Positions 1 to 8,486 are shown, counted from the stretch's first letter. The stretch: DNA of 64,000 nt from Desulfobulbaceae bacterium (GCA_002868945.1 PKTX01000041.1:65407-129406), one strand, 5' to 3'. Notes: generated by a model not told the origin, from the letters alone. Translations and numbers: made by a program.

Positions 1-117
1 TTTATAAGTAATAGGTATACCGTGAGACAAAATTGTTGCTTTTGGACAATTCCCGTTGTTGTCTCTGTTAAGAAGAATATGAGCATGCCCGTCGTTGGCA
101 TCCTTAAGGAGGATTTC

Positions 118-453
118 ATGTTAAAAATTACTGATAAGGCGATTGACAATCTCAAGGCCTATCTGGAGCAGAATTCCATCGATTCTGCCATCCGGGTGGC
201 CATGATGCAGGGCGGCTGAGCTGGCCCATCCCTGGGATTGGCTCTGGATGAGCCAAAAGATAACGACGAAGTGGTTGATCAGGACGGACTCAAGTTTCTG
301 GTGGAAAAGGGACTTCTGACAACATGCGGCGAAATCCTGGTTGATTTCGTCGATGCAGGACCCCGTTCCGGTTTTTCCATTACCTCCAAGGTTCCCTTGG
401 CCAGTGGTGGTGGTTGCAGCAGTGGTTCCTGCAGCAGCGGCTCCTGCGGCTGA
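118..453 (+). CDS. HesB/IscA-like selenoprotein (in-frame UGA 217-219 read as selenocysteine)
   Basis: Track ORFs 22..219 and 238..453 are in one frame and are separated only by TGA 217-219. ATG 118 follows AAGGAGG (106-112). The joined 111-aa product, MLKITDKAIDNLKAYLEQ...RVAMMQGG-U-AGPSLGLALDEPKDND...GLKFLVEK, has a HesB/IscA-type signature with the UGA at the first conserved Cys. It ends in a C-terminal tail GGGCSSGSCSSGSCG. Confidence 0.75.
238..256 (+). promoter_or_regulatory. Candidate bacterial SECIS stem-loop
   Basis: TTGGCTC-TGGAT-GAGCCAA forms a 7-bp perfect stem with a 5-nt loop. The stem starts 18 nt after UGA 217-219, the loop starts 25 nt after it, and G is the second loop base. 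Confidence 0.4.
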
Positions 454-475
454 TTGTTTCCTGACGCACATGCAC

Positions 476-517
476 AAAAAAAGGCCGTGATCTGCTTGCA
501 GATCACGGCCTTTTTTT
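476..517. terminator. Bidirectional rho-independent terminator
   Basis: A-run 476-482, stem GGCCGTGATCTGC/GCAGATCACGGCC (483-510), T-run 511-517. It lies between convergent genes. Confidence 0.7.
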
Positions 518-775
518 GGTGTCTTGATCATTTCGGGCCAGGTCCTGGCAGACCCTGTCCTGCCATGCCTCGATCTGTTCTCTGTACAGCCTGGCGTCCG
601 ACTCCATCCCGCACGACCTGCAGGTGACCGTGGCTGTCGCTCAACGTCCTTGCAGGGTTGCCGGATGGTTGCAGTAGAGACAGCGCAAGGCATTCTCCAT
701 CGGGTCGGCGACGTTGTGGTCGCCTGACTGTTCGTGCCGGCGACTATCAGGGCGCTTTGTTTTTGATGTTGCCAT
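503..775 (-). CDS. Candidate small zinc-ribbon protein with an in-frame TGA (641-643); either recoded or a pseudogene
   Basis: ATG 775 is preceded by AGGTGA 5 nt upstream. The frame reads MATSKTKRPDSRRHEQSGDHNVADPMENALRCLYCNHPATLQGR-TGA-ATATVTCRSCGMESDARLYREQIEAWQDRVCQDLARNDQDTKKRP. A CxxC-N14-CxxC motif spans the TGA. Codon usage looks coding on both sides, and the ORF ends inside the terminator. Confidence 0.3.
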
Positions 776-884
776 TGCGATCACCTGTTCCGGCCACCCT
801 GTAAAAAAAGCGGCTCACAAAAAGAGAGTGGCACAATAAAAAAAAAGGGATCCAGAAAATCTGAATCCCTTTTGTGATGTTTAA

Positions 885-962
885 TGGGGTGAGCGATGGG
901 ACTTGAACCCACGACCTCCGGAGCCACAATCCGGGGCTACCACCAGCTGAGCTACGCCCACC
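885..962 (-). tRNA. tRNA-His (anticodon GTG)
   Basis: The reverse complement GGTGGGCGTAGCTCAGCTGGT...CCGGATTGTGGCTCCGG...GGTTCAAGTCCCATCGCTCACCCCA folds as a cloverleaf. It has the His-specific extra 5' G(-1), anticodon loop TTGTGGC, a T-loop, and an encoded CCA. Confidence 0.93.
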
Positions 963-1050
963 ATGCTTTCTGCGCAGATCTCTCTGCGTCAAGAACACTC
1001 GGTATATAATAAATTAACGTGCCAAAGGCAAGGGTAAATCCTGCTATTCC

Positions 1051-1255
1051 AGTGTCTGTCCAGAAATAGGTCATCCCGGAGTCTCGCAGGCTCACGTATC
1101 TGTTTGAGATCCAGGAGTGCGGAAAAAATAAGAAGAGCATCTATACGATATCGGAGTCTCCACTTCGTCTCGTTTACCTCCGAGCATTATTTTTGAGCAG
1201 GATGAGGTACGCGAGCGAAACGAGACTCCGAAATATCTAATTATTCAAGATGCCC
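1051..1255. mobile_element. MITE-like element, chimeric copy (A-type left end, B-type right end)
   Basis: The left end is AGTGTCTGTCCAGAAAT and the right end is ATTATTCAAGATGCCC. The interior aligns with the core of the 8003 copy plus extra CGGAGTCTC segments. The flanks are TTCC and ATTA, so there is no TSD. Confidence 0.7.
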
Positions 1256-1256
1256 A

Positions 1257-1916
1257 TTATTCTAAGTTCTTGCCGCAGTGTTTGCATTTAGCCGCCTTCT
1301 TCTTGACGATCTCCATACAGTCAGGGCATTCCTTCATGAAGTTTTTCTGCAAGAGCTCAACAATGGCCTGGTTGATCTGGTGCTCCAGGTTGGCATCCGT
1401 GTATTGCTGATTGCGCAGGGCGTCTATACAGGAAAGGTCGTTGAGGGGCACAAGCATGCGGCTCGCCTTCATCTTGTTGACCAGGCTGGATTTCTCGTCA
1501 AGGAGGATGCCCAGCACAGGGGTGAGGTTTTTCTCCTCGACGCAGGTGTTGAGCTGCTCAACCCACTCTTTTTCCTGATGATAGCGATGGTTGGCGGCCA
1601 TGATGACCTCAGGGTCAAGCACACTGCCGGTAAAGGCCATTTTGTTGCCCACCATCATTAATTCGCCCTTCTCTTCGTTGGCCAGACGCATATAGCGATA
1701 GGAGCCGACATGGCCGTATGATTCTTCGATGTGCTGCCAGCCATTGACAAAGGGCGGACATTCATCGTTGAGACAGACAAACATTACCTCGGCCCCCCAG
1801 CCCAGGCCATCGCCGATATGGAAGGGTGGTGTCTCGCAGGGGGAGAGCCGGGTGTTGCAGTGGGGGCAGTAGAACTCCATTTTACAGTAACGCATACAAT
1901 CATCAGCGCTGAGCAT
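1257..1916 (-). CDS. Hypothetical protein with N- and C-terminal zinc-ribbon motifs
   Basis: 219-aa ORF with CPHC...C...C at the N-terminus and CPDC...CKHC at the C-terminus. No family was recognised. The start could be a later Met (MEFYCPHC). Confidence 0.7.
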   Translation of the reverse strand: MLSADDCMRYCKMEFYCPHCNTRLSPCETPPFHIGDGLGWGAEVMFVCLNDECPPFVNGWQHIEESYGHVGSYRYMRLANEEKGELMMVGNKMAFTGSVLDPEVIMAANHRYHQEKEWVEQLNTCVEEKNLTPVLGILLDEKSSLVNKMKASRMLVPLNDLSCIDALRNQQYTDANLEHQINQAIVELLQKNFMKECPDCMEIVKKKAAKCKHCGKNLE

Positions 1917-2208
1917 GAATACATCTCCTCATTGTAGACCTATGTTGAGCCAGGTCTTTGATATTACAAGATATCTCGAGCAATTTTCTCTTGGCCATCC
2001 AAAACACCCCACAGCTTGTATCCTCTTCGGCAGGACAAAAAGCGGCGCTGGAGTTTAAGGCGAAAGTAGATTTACAGTAAGCATTGTTACTTACTTGATC
2101 AAGGTGAGAATGGCAAGATCGGTCTGGCGGAGGGGAGGGGGGAAGATCTGGGCAAGGGGCAGAGTTTTTGGCGTGTAACCGATGGAAAAGGCGCTTACGG
2201 GATGTGCT

Positions 2209-2577
2209 TCAGGCATGGCCGCGACTGTTTGCCGCCATGAAAGAGACCAACTGTTCTCCTTGTCGGCTGGTCAGGTTGATAAATTCCAGTCCTGCCGTTC
2301 GGGTGAAGAGGTTGAGGCGGGGGTTAAAGGGGGAGGCATCATGCACCGAGACAACACGGCACGGCAAATCTTCGACAAAATGGTTGCCGGCCTTGTTGAG
2401 GATGGCTATCTCAAAGGCATCTGGGAAGGCTTCGGTGGGCCGCAGAATATATTTGACACGCAGGCCGCCCAGGCTCATATTGATGACCTGGCCAAAACGT
2501 GCGCTGTTAAGGACGATGGTGTCCGGGGCAGCGCTAAAGCGTTGATATCGGCGACGTTCCGGGTCTGTATGTATCAT
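2209..2577 (-). CDS. PilZ domain protein
   Basis: RRYQR (RxxxR) and NMSLGG ((D/N)xSxxG) motifs are present. The start was chosen at Met28 of track ORF 2209..2658, where GGGGA lies about 10 nt upstream. Confidence 0.7.
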   Translation of the reverse strand: MIHTDPERRRYQRFSAAPDTIVLNSARFGQVINMSLGGLRVKYILRPTEAFPDAFEIAILNKAGNHFVEDLPCRVVSVHDASPFNPRLNLFTRTAGLEFINLTSRQGEQLVSFMAANSRGHA

Positions 2578-2687
2578 TTTTATGTTCCCCATAAGAGGCG
2601 CTCGGCGCAAGAAGATTGTTGGGAAAGTGTAGGGTGTATCTCCCCTGAAAGCAACCAAAAAAATGAGAATTATATTGTCCGGTTTTT

Positions 2688-3230
2688 TTGCAAATGCTAG
2701 GAATGCAGCAGTTCGGCCTTCTTGTGAGCCGTATCAATCAAGGTGATGGAGGTGATTTCGGTCGTTGGCTTTTTGAGCCGGGTATGGCCTTCGGTGATAT
2801 GGTGTCGTGGTGGCGACCAGCCCCGGCCAGACGCGCTGTTGCCCATGAGGGGGTTGATTTTTACCGTTATGAAGATCGGTATGGTCGGCACCAGTATATG
2901 GCCGACCGCCTGGTGCCCGCCCCCTGCAGATGTCGTATTGTTGCCGTCTGTGATGATTTTCTGGGGCGCTCTCTCTTCCTCGTGCCGCAGCAGCCTGTCG
3001 CAGAAGGGCAGATCTTTGTTTTCGGCCACATAACGCCTTTGGTGGAGATCGGCCGGCAGGTGCAGGCAGGTGATGTGGTTGGCCGGGTCACTACGCCGCA
3101 GGGGCGTGTGCCCGGTCATTTGCACGTCTCGTGCCTGCAAGGTGACTGGCGTCATCTGCCGCAGCAACTGAGCTGGCCGACACTGCTGGCCGAGCCGGGC
3201 CTGCGCTTTGTTCGGCCCTTTGCCGCATAA
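2688..3230 (+). CDS. Putative M23/LytM-like metallopeptidase-fold protein
   Basis: HEGVD (HxxxD) and HLHVS (HxH) motifs occur in the M23 order. The start is ambiguous (TTG 2688, ATG 2694 or ATG 2703). Confidence 0.5.
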   Translation: MQMLGMQQFGLLVSRINQGDGGDFGRWLFEPGMAFGDMVSWWRPAPARRAVAHEGVDFYRYEDRYGRHQYMADRLVPAPCRCRIVAVCDDFLGRSLFLVPQQPVAEGQIFVFGHITPLVEIGRQVQAGDVVGRVTTPQGRVPGHLHVSCLQGDWRHLPQQLSWPTLLAEPGLRFVRPFAA

Positions 3231-3287
3231 AGGCGCCGGAATTCTGAATTCTCGGTGAACCAGACGTTTGCAACGGCTTTTAACTCG

Positions 3288-3343
3288 CATAATGTCGAAT
3301 AATTATCTCAACCCGGAAAGTTGAATCTAATGGTTCAAGATAC
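3288..3343. repeat. Degenerate ends-only remnant of the B-type MITE
   Basis: ATGTCGAATAATTATC ... TAATGGTTCAAGATACCC resembles the B-type ends, with 2 mismatches each. No TSD was seen. Confidence 0.3.
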
Positions 3344-3866
3344 CCATAAGATAAATGAAACAATGGAAACAAAAACAATGGCGGAAGAGGAAAAGAGAAT
3401 TGATCGGGAATTTATTCCCAGCCTGCGGGAAGGCGTTGATGTCATACGGATGATTTTTTTTAAAGAGATGCGCCAGCATTTTGCCGAGAAAACGCCGGGG
3501 CAGGAAGCCCAATTCTATGGCATGTTGGCCGGGGCCGTGATGAATGAGCTGTTTGGCACCCCTAATCCGGCAGAGAAGTTCACCACCTTTGCGGCGCAAA
3601 ACAGGGCGCGTATTGATGAGGAGCTTGCTGCTGTGGCCGATAACTTTGCAAAACTGCGTATCCCTCTCACCGATGCCCTGCGCATCCATTATCTATGCAA
3701 TTATCAGGAGGGCATCGAGGGAGATGAGGCCACGGTGCTGGCCCGGGCCCGTGAGCTAGGTGTGCTGATCGAGGAGCGTGATGTGCCGTTGCCCAAGGGC
3801 TTTATGCAGTTGGTCTACAGGGTGGGCAAGGCCCATGGCCTGATCAGGGAACAGAACTCTGCCTGA
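3321..3866 (+). CDS. Hypothetical protein
   Basis: 181-aa ORF with coding-like composition. The 5' end overlaps the MITE remnant, so the true start may be ATG 3363 or ATG 3378. Confidence 0.6.
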   Translation: MNLMVQDTHKINETMETKTMAEEEKRIDREFIPSLREGVDVIRMIFFKEMRQHFAEKTPGQEAQFYGMLAGAVMNELFGTPNPAEKFTTFAAQNRARIDEELAAVADNFAKLRIPLTDALRIHYLCNYQEGIEGDEATVLARARELGVLIEERDVPLPKGFMQLVYRVGKAHGLIREQNSA

Positions 3867-3908
3867 ACGGCACGGGGAAGGGTGCCATGCCGTCCGGGGT
3901 GCCGGAGT

Positions 3909-5720
3909 CTACTGGTGGGCAGCCAATTCAGCCTCCTTTCTTTCCAGTTCGTCCCAGCGCTGGTAGAGCGCTTCCACTTTTTCCTGGCAACAGTCGAGCT
4001 CTCGGCACCAATGAGCCAACCTGTCGGCATCGGCCATGATCTCCGGCGCGGCAACATTCTGCTGGCAGGCCGCCAGTTCCTGCTCCGCCTCGGCGATCAT
4101 CTCCTCCATGTTGTCGAGCTCCTGCTGTTCGCGGTAGGAAAGTTTTTTCCTTGTGAGTTGCTTTTTCTTTCTGGCGGTCGGCGCCGGCGCGGCTTTGGTG
4201 GGCCTGCTTTTTTCCAGGTCAGCCAGCCATTGCCGGTAGTCGCTGTAGAGGGCGGCCTTGCCGCCCTGGTCGCTGAAGCCGATGATCTGGGTGGTAATGG
4301 TGTCCAGAAAGGCCCGATCATGACTCACCAGGACCAGGGCGCCGGGAAAGTCGAGCAGACTCTCCTCCAAAACGGCAATGGAGTTGATGTCAAGGTCATT
4401 GGTGGGTTCGTCCAGCAGGAGGATGTCTGCCGCGCTCAGCATGAAACGGGCAATGAGGATGCGGGCCTGTTCGCCCCCTGACAGGCGGGAGACCGGCATC
4501 TCCAGCTGGTCCGGCTGAAAGAGGAAGCGCTTGGCCCAGCCGGCCACATGGATGCTGCGGCCCTGGTAAGTGACGCTGTCGCCGTCCGGGGCCAGGGCCC
4601 GGCGCAGGCTCTGATTAAGGTCAAGCTCCTGGCGTTTCTGGTCAAAGAAGGAGATTTGGACGCCGTCGGCCCGACTGATCGTGCCGGTATCGCAGTCCAG
4701 GCTGCCATGGATGATCTGCATCAATGTGGTCTTGCCGCAGCCGTTGTTGCCGGCCAGGCCCAGGCGGACGCCGGGACCGAGCTCGAAGGAGAGATCGTTG
4801 AAGAGGGTGGTATCACCCATTTTTTTGCTGATGTGGCGGGCACTGAACAGTTTCTTGGTCTTGCGACCGGTGCCGATCACATCAAGTGCCGGGGCTTGTT
4901 CGACCTGGTTGCGTTGACGAACCTGGGAGAGTTCGTCCTGGAGACGATGGGCCTCGTTAATACGGAAGCGGGCCTTGGTGCTACGGGCCTTGGGGCCGCG
5001 CCGTAACCATTCCACCTCCCTTCTCACCTTGTTGGCCAGGCTGGCCTCCATGGCCTGCTGCTGGTTGAGAAAGTCTCGGCGCTTTTCCAGAAAATTGCTG
5101 TAATTGCCCTGAAAACCGAGGTAGCCCTGTGGGTAACAGCGGTTGAGTTCAACAATATGAGTGCAGACGTTTTCAAGGAAAAGACGGTCATGGCTGACCA
5201 GCACAAAGGCAAAGCGCGCCTCGCGCAGTATCTTTTCCAGCCAGAGAATCGAGCGGATATCAAGATGGTTGGTGGGCTCGTCAAGCAGGAGGAGGTCGGG
5301 CTCCCGGGCCAGGGCGCAGGCAATGGCCAGTCGTTTAAGCCAGCCCCCGGAGAGAGACGCCACCCGGGCCTCGGTATCGGCGAATTCCGCCTGGCTCAGG
5401 ATCATCTGGGCGGTGAGCATCTGCTGCTCCTCGTCACGATCACTGATGGCGGCCGTGACGACTTCAGTAACACTTTTGTCCGCATCAAAACTGTGGTTTT
5501 GGCTGAGATGGACGACCCGGGTATGCTTGCCGGCAAAGATCTGACCCTGATCGGCCTCCTGATTGCCGGCTAAAATGGCAAGCAGGGTCGATTTGCCGGA
5601 GCCGTTCGGACCGATAAGACCGGTTTTGCTTTTGGCCTCAAAGCTCAGGGATATATCGCGAAAAAGGGTATGGGCACCAAAGGACTTGCTGATATTCTGG
5701 CAGCTGAGAAGTGGAGGCAT
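3909..5720 (-). CDS. ABC-F family ATPase (Uup-like)
   Basis: Two ABC cassettes are present (GPNGSGKST and GNNGCGKTT Walker A; LSGG signatures), with no transmembrane segments and a C-terminal coiled coil. Confidence 0.9.
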   Translation of the reverse strand: MPPLLSCQNISKSFGAHTLFRDISLSFEAKSKTGLIGPNGSGKSTLLAILAGNQEADQGQIFAGKHTRVVHLSQNHSFDADKSVTEVVTAAISDRDEEQQMLTAQMILSQAEFADTEARVASLSGGWLKRLAIACALAREPDLLLLDEPTNHLDIRSILWLEKILREARFAFVLVSHDRLFLENVCTHIVELNRCYPQGYLGFQGNYSNFLEKRRDFLNQQQAMEASLANKVRREVEWLRRGPKARSTKARFRINEAHRLQDELSQVRQRNQVEQAPALDVIGTGRKTKKLFSARHISKKMGDTTLFNDLSFELGPGVRLGLAGNNGCGKTTLMQIIHGSLDCDTGTISRADGVQISFFDQKRQELDLNQSLRRALAPDGDSVTYQGRSIHVAGWAKRFLFQPDQLEMPVSRLSGGEQARILIARFMLSAADILLLDEPTNDLDINSIAVLEESLLDFPGALVLVSHDRAFLDTITTQIIGFSDQGGKAALYSDYRQWLADLEKSRPTKAAPAPTARKKKQLTRKKLSYREQQELDNMEEMIAEAEQELAACQQNVAAPEIMADADRLAHWCRELDCCQEKVEALYQRWDELERKEAELAAHQ

Positions 5721-5751
5721 GTTTTTCCGGGGGGATATCTGAAGGGATAAT

Positions 5752-5942
5752 GGCCATCTTGAATAATTGCTCTTTCGGAGTCGGGCAGGCTCGCTTGCCT
5801 GCCCGATTCTTTCGTCGCTCCGAAAATAAAAATCTTCACATATGCTCGATATGTTGGGTGCCCGTGGGGCGGGGAAAGGAGCCTGCTAGACTCCGCAATG
5901 ACCTCTTGCCGAACAGGCATTATCTCATTATTCAAGATACCC
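5752..5942. mobile_element. MITE-like element, B-type ends
   Basis: The ends are GGCCATCTTGAATAAT and ATTATTCAAGATACCC. The element is flanked by direct TAAT repeats (5748-5751 and 5943-5946). The core contains TTCGGAGTC and GAAAATAAAAA motifs. Confidence 0.85.
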
Positions 5943-6139
5943 TAATGTTTTGTCGGAAAGATGCCAATGCTGTTGGCAATTTTCCGCAAAGACGGTACAT
6001 GTTTTGGAAGCAACCTACCATAATCTCCCGTGAATGGGAAAGAGCAGGTCGATGCCGGACCGCTGGCGCCGTCTCGGCGACAGCGCGCCAAGGACCCTGT
6101 CCGGCTGCCTGAAGACAACAGAGAAGAAACGAGGATACC

Positions 6140-6679
6140 ATGGCAGAATCAACAGTTACCATTGATACCATTGCAAGTATGCTGGCCCTGGCCGCCAAGA
6201 AAACCCTGGAAAAAAGTACCAAGAAAAAAATCAAGTATTCGACCACCCTTATTGCCGTGCCCAAGGTCTGCCTGAAACCGGACCTGGGCAGTTTTGTACA
6301 ATTTTCCGGCGATTATAACGGGCTGGTGGTGATGAATTTTACCACGGAAGCAGCCCTTGACCTCTATCGCAACTACATGCTTTCCATGGGACTGCCCGAG
6401 GATGAGCTGGCCAAGGAGGCCACCTCAAGTGAGGTGGTTGATACCATAGGTGAACTCACTAATCAGATCATGGGGCGGGCCATGCAGATGGTGGAGGCCA
6501 AGTTTGATCTGACCTCCTATTTTGGTCAACCCAAGGCCCTGGCCTTAAACAGCGCCATTGCCCTGACCCCTGATCTTGATTACCAGGATAACCGTCGCAT
6601 TGCCCTGAGTGTTGCCAACAACCGTTTTCATATTGAGCTGGCACTGGAGAAGGTCGAATTTATCAGCTCCGCCCTGTAG
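6140..6679 (+). CDS. CheX-like protein
   Basis: 179 aa. The pattern FSGDYNGLVVMNF...GELTNQIMGRA resembles the CheX fold signature (GE..N.i.G). Family assignment is tentative. Confidence 0.55.
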   Translation: MAESTVTIDTIASMLALAAKKTLEKSTKKKIKYSTTLIAVPKVCLKPDLGSFVQFSGDYNGLVVMNFTTEAALDLYRNYMLSMGLPEDELAKEATSSEVVDTIGELTNQIMGRAMQMVEAKFDLTSYFGQPKALALNSAIALTPDLDYQDNRRIALSVANNRFHIELALEKVEFISSAL

Positions 6680-6829
6680 GCCGCTTTTCTCCTGGCGTGC
6701 CGTATCAGCCCTTGCCTGAGAAAAGGGCTGGACAATAGTTGTTATTGTCTTATTGTTGTCTGCATTGCCACGTTGTCCGGGCGTTTCCCTTGGCGAATGC
6801 GTGATACTGCTGCCTGGTGGACCTGTAAA

Positions 6830-6898
6830 GGGTCTCTTGAATAATGAGATATCTCGGTGCCTTTCTGTGCGCACGCCGTGCTCTTGTACAAGATGAGC
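6830..6898. repeat. Truncated or decayed B-type MITE remnant
   Basis: The left end GGGTCTCTTGAATAATGAGATATCTCGG is good. The right end CTTGTACAAGATGAGC is weak. No TSD was seen. Confidence 0.35.
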
Positions 6899-7039
6899 TC
6901 GTTGCCGAGGGACACAGGTGAGCGGCCGGCAACGGCGAAAAGTTTAAGAAAATAGCGCCGCAAGAGCGCCGTATCATTAGAAGAAAAGCTCTGTTAAGCA
7001 GGGTAATTTTCCAGTTTTACTGGTTGAGGAGGAAGTACA

Positions 7040-7990
7040 ATGGCAGGATGTGGTGGCGGCTCCAGCTGTGATAGTGGCAGCTGCGGATCGGTTGATGCAG
7101 GTATCGCCCAGCAGGATATGGCAATTTCCGCCTCCCTGGGTCGAATTAAGAATAAACTATTGGTGATGAGCGGCAAGGGTGGCGTCGGCAAGTCCACCGT
7201 GTCGGTTAATCTTGCCCTGGGCCTTGCCAATCGCGGCTACAAGGTGGGCTTGATGGATGTTGATCTGCACGGTCCGGATATCTGCCGCATGCTCAACCTG
7301 ACCGAGCGGTTGATGGATGCCAAGATCAATAAGGATGGTTTGTTGCCGCCCATGATGTACGGTGATAATCTCAAGGTTATCTCCCTGGAATACATGATGG
7401 AGAATCGCGATGATCCCGTTATCTGGCGTGGTCCCTTGAAGGTCCAGGCCATTCGGCAGTTTATCGCCGATCTGGACTGGGGTGACCTGGACTACCTGAT
7501 CATTGATGCGCCTCCCGGTACCGGTGATGAGCCCCTGTCCGTGGCCCAGAACATCAAGGATGCCCGGGCCATTGTGGTCACTACTCCCCAGGAGGTTGCC
7601 TTGGCCGATGTGCGCAAATCCCTCAACTTCTGCAAGCATGTCAAGATGGATGTGGTGGGCATGGTGGAGAATATGAGCGGCTTTGTCTGTCCGCACTGTA
7701 ATAATACGGTGGAGATATTCAAGAGTGGCGGCGGCGAGAAGACGGCCAAGGATTTCGGCCTCAACTTCCTGGGCAAGATTCCGGTGGACCCCAAGGTGGT
7801 GGTCGGCGGTGATGACGGTGCCCCCTATCTCAGTTCCACGTCCGAGAGTCCGGCCACGCAGGCCTTTTACCAGGTTGTTGATAATGTCGAAAAGGTCTGT
7901 GCCAAGCAAAAGGTCAGCCTGGCCATGGCGGAGAGTGCTTCCAGCTGTGGTTGCGGCGGCAGCTGCAACCCGGATACCTGCGACTGCTGA
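7040..7990 (+). CDS. Mrp/ApbC/NBP35-family Fe-S cluster carrier ATPase
   Basis: Deviant Walker A SGKGGVGKST and a CPHC motif are present. A GAGGAGG RBS precedes the start. Cys-rich tails occur at both ends (MAGCGGGSSCDSGSCGS... and ...SSCGCGGSCNPDTCDC). Confidence 0.9.
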   Translation: MAGCGGGSSCDSGSCGSVDAGIAQQDMAISASLGRIKNKLLVMSGKGGVGKSTVSVNLALGLANRGYKVGLMDVDLHGPDICRMLNLTERLMDAKINKDGLLPPMMYGDNLKVISLEYMMENRDDPVIWRGPLKVQAIRQFIADLDWGDLDYLIIDAPPGTGDEPLSVAQNIKDARAIVVTTPQEVALADVRKSLNFCKHVKMDVVGMVENMSGFVCPHCNNTVEIFKSGGGEKTAKDFGLNFLGKIPVDPKVVVGGDDGAPYLSSTSESPATQAFYQVVDNVEKVCAKQKVSLAMAESASSCGCGGSCNPDTCDC

Positions 7991-8002
7991 TCCACGCTAA
8001 CG

Positions 8003-8169
8003 AGTGCCTGTCCAGAAATGGCCCTCTCGGAGTCTCGTAAACTCGCTTACCGGCCCGATCTCGGTGTCATGCTCAAAAAATAATGCTCGGAATATCGAAT
8101 ATATGCCTGCGCTTATTTTTCTCGCAGTCCTTGATCTCGAACGAAATGACCTATTTCTGGACAGGCACT
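8003..8169. mobile_element. MITE-like element, A-type ends
   Basis: A perfect 17-bp TIR (AGTGCCTGTCCAGAAAT / ATTTCTGGACAGGCACT) is flanked by direct AACG repeats (7999-8002 and 8170-8173). It begins 13 nt after the Mrp stop codon. Confidence 0.9.
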
Positions 8170-8486
8170 AACGCGCACTTTTGGTGACACCGCAGACAAA
8201 GGGTACGAGGTTCGACAGGGCCTTGTGCCCTTTGTCTGCTTGGTGACCAGTGCAAAGCTTGCCGGTTTCGGACCGGCTTTGATGAATGGTGTGGAATTTT
8301 TCTTTGGCGGGTATTCTTCCCGGCGTTGCCTGGTCGGTCCACAGGTTGTGAGCGGTTCGGCATGAGATGATACTGTTTTGTAAGGTTGCCCAGGCATGGC
8401 AGGTCAGGTTACTACTCCCTGGACAGATGGTGCGGGCACGGCTTGCCGGCCATGCAAATCTTTGAGCTTAACAAGGAGAAGCGAAC

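Noticed and set aside
8170-8486. I searched the 317-bp gap upstream of the MBL-selB pair for tRNA-Sec (selC). Features seen were a GGTTCGA T-loop-like string at about 8209, a 12-bp stem GCAGACAAAGGG/CCCTTTGTCTGC (8192-8239), and a GCCGG-TTTCGGA-CCGGC hairpin.
   Set aside because: No cloverleaf can be built. There is no UCA anticodon loop, no 8-bp acceptor stem, and the T-arm flanks are not complementary. The 12-bp hairpin remains unexplained but has no T-run or other diagnostic feature.
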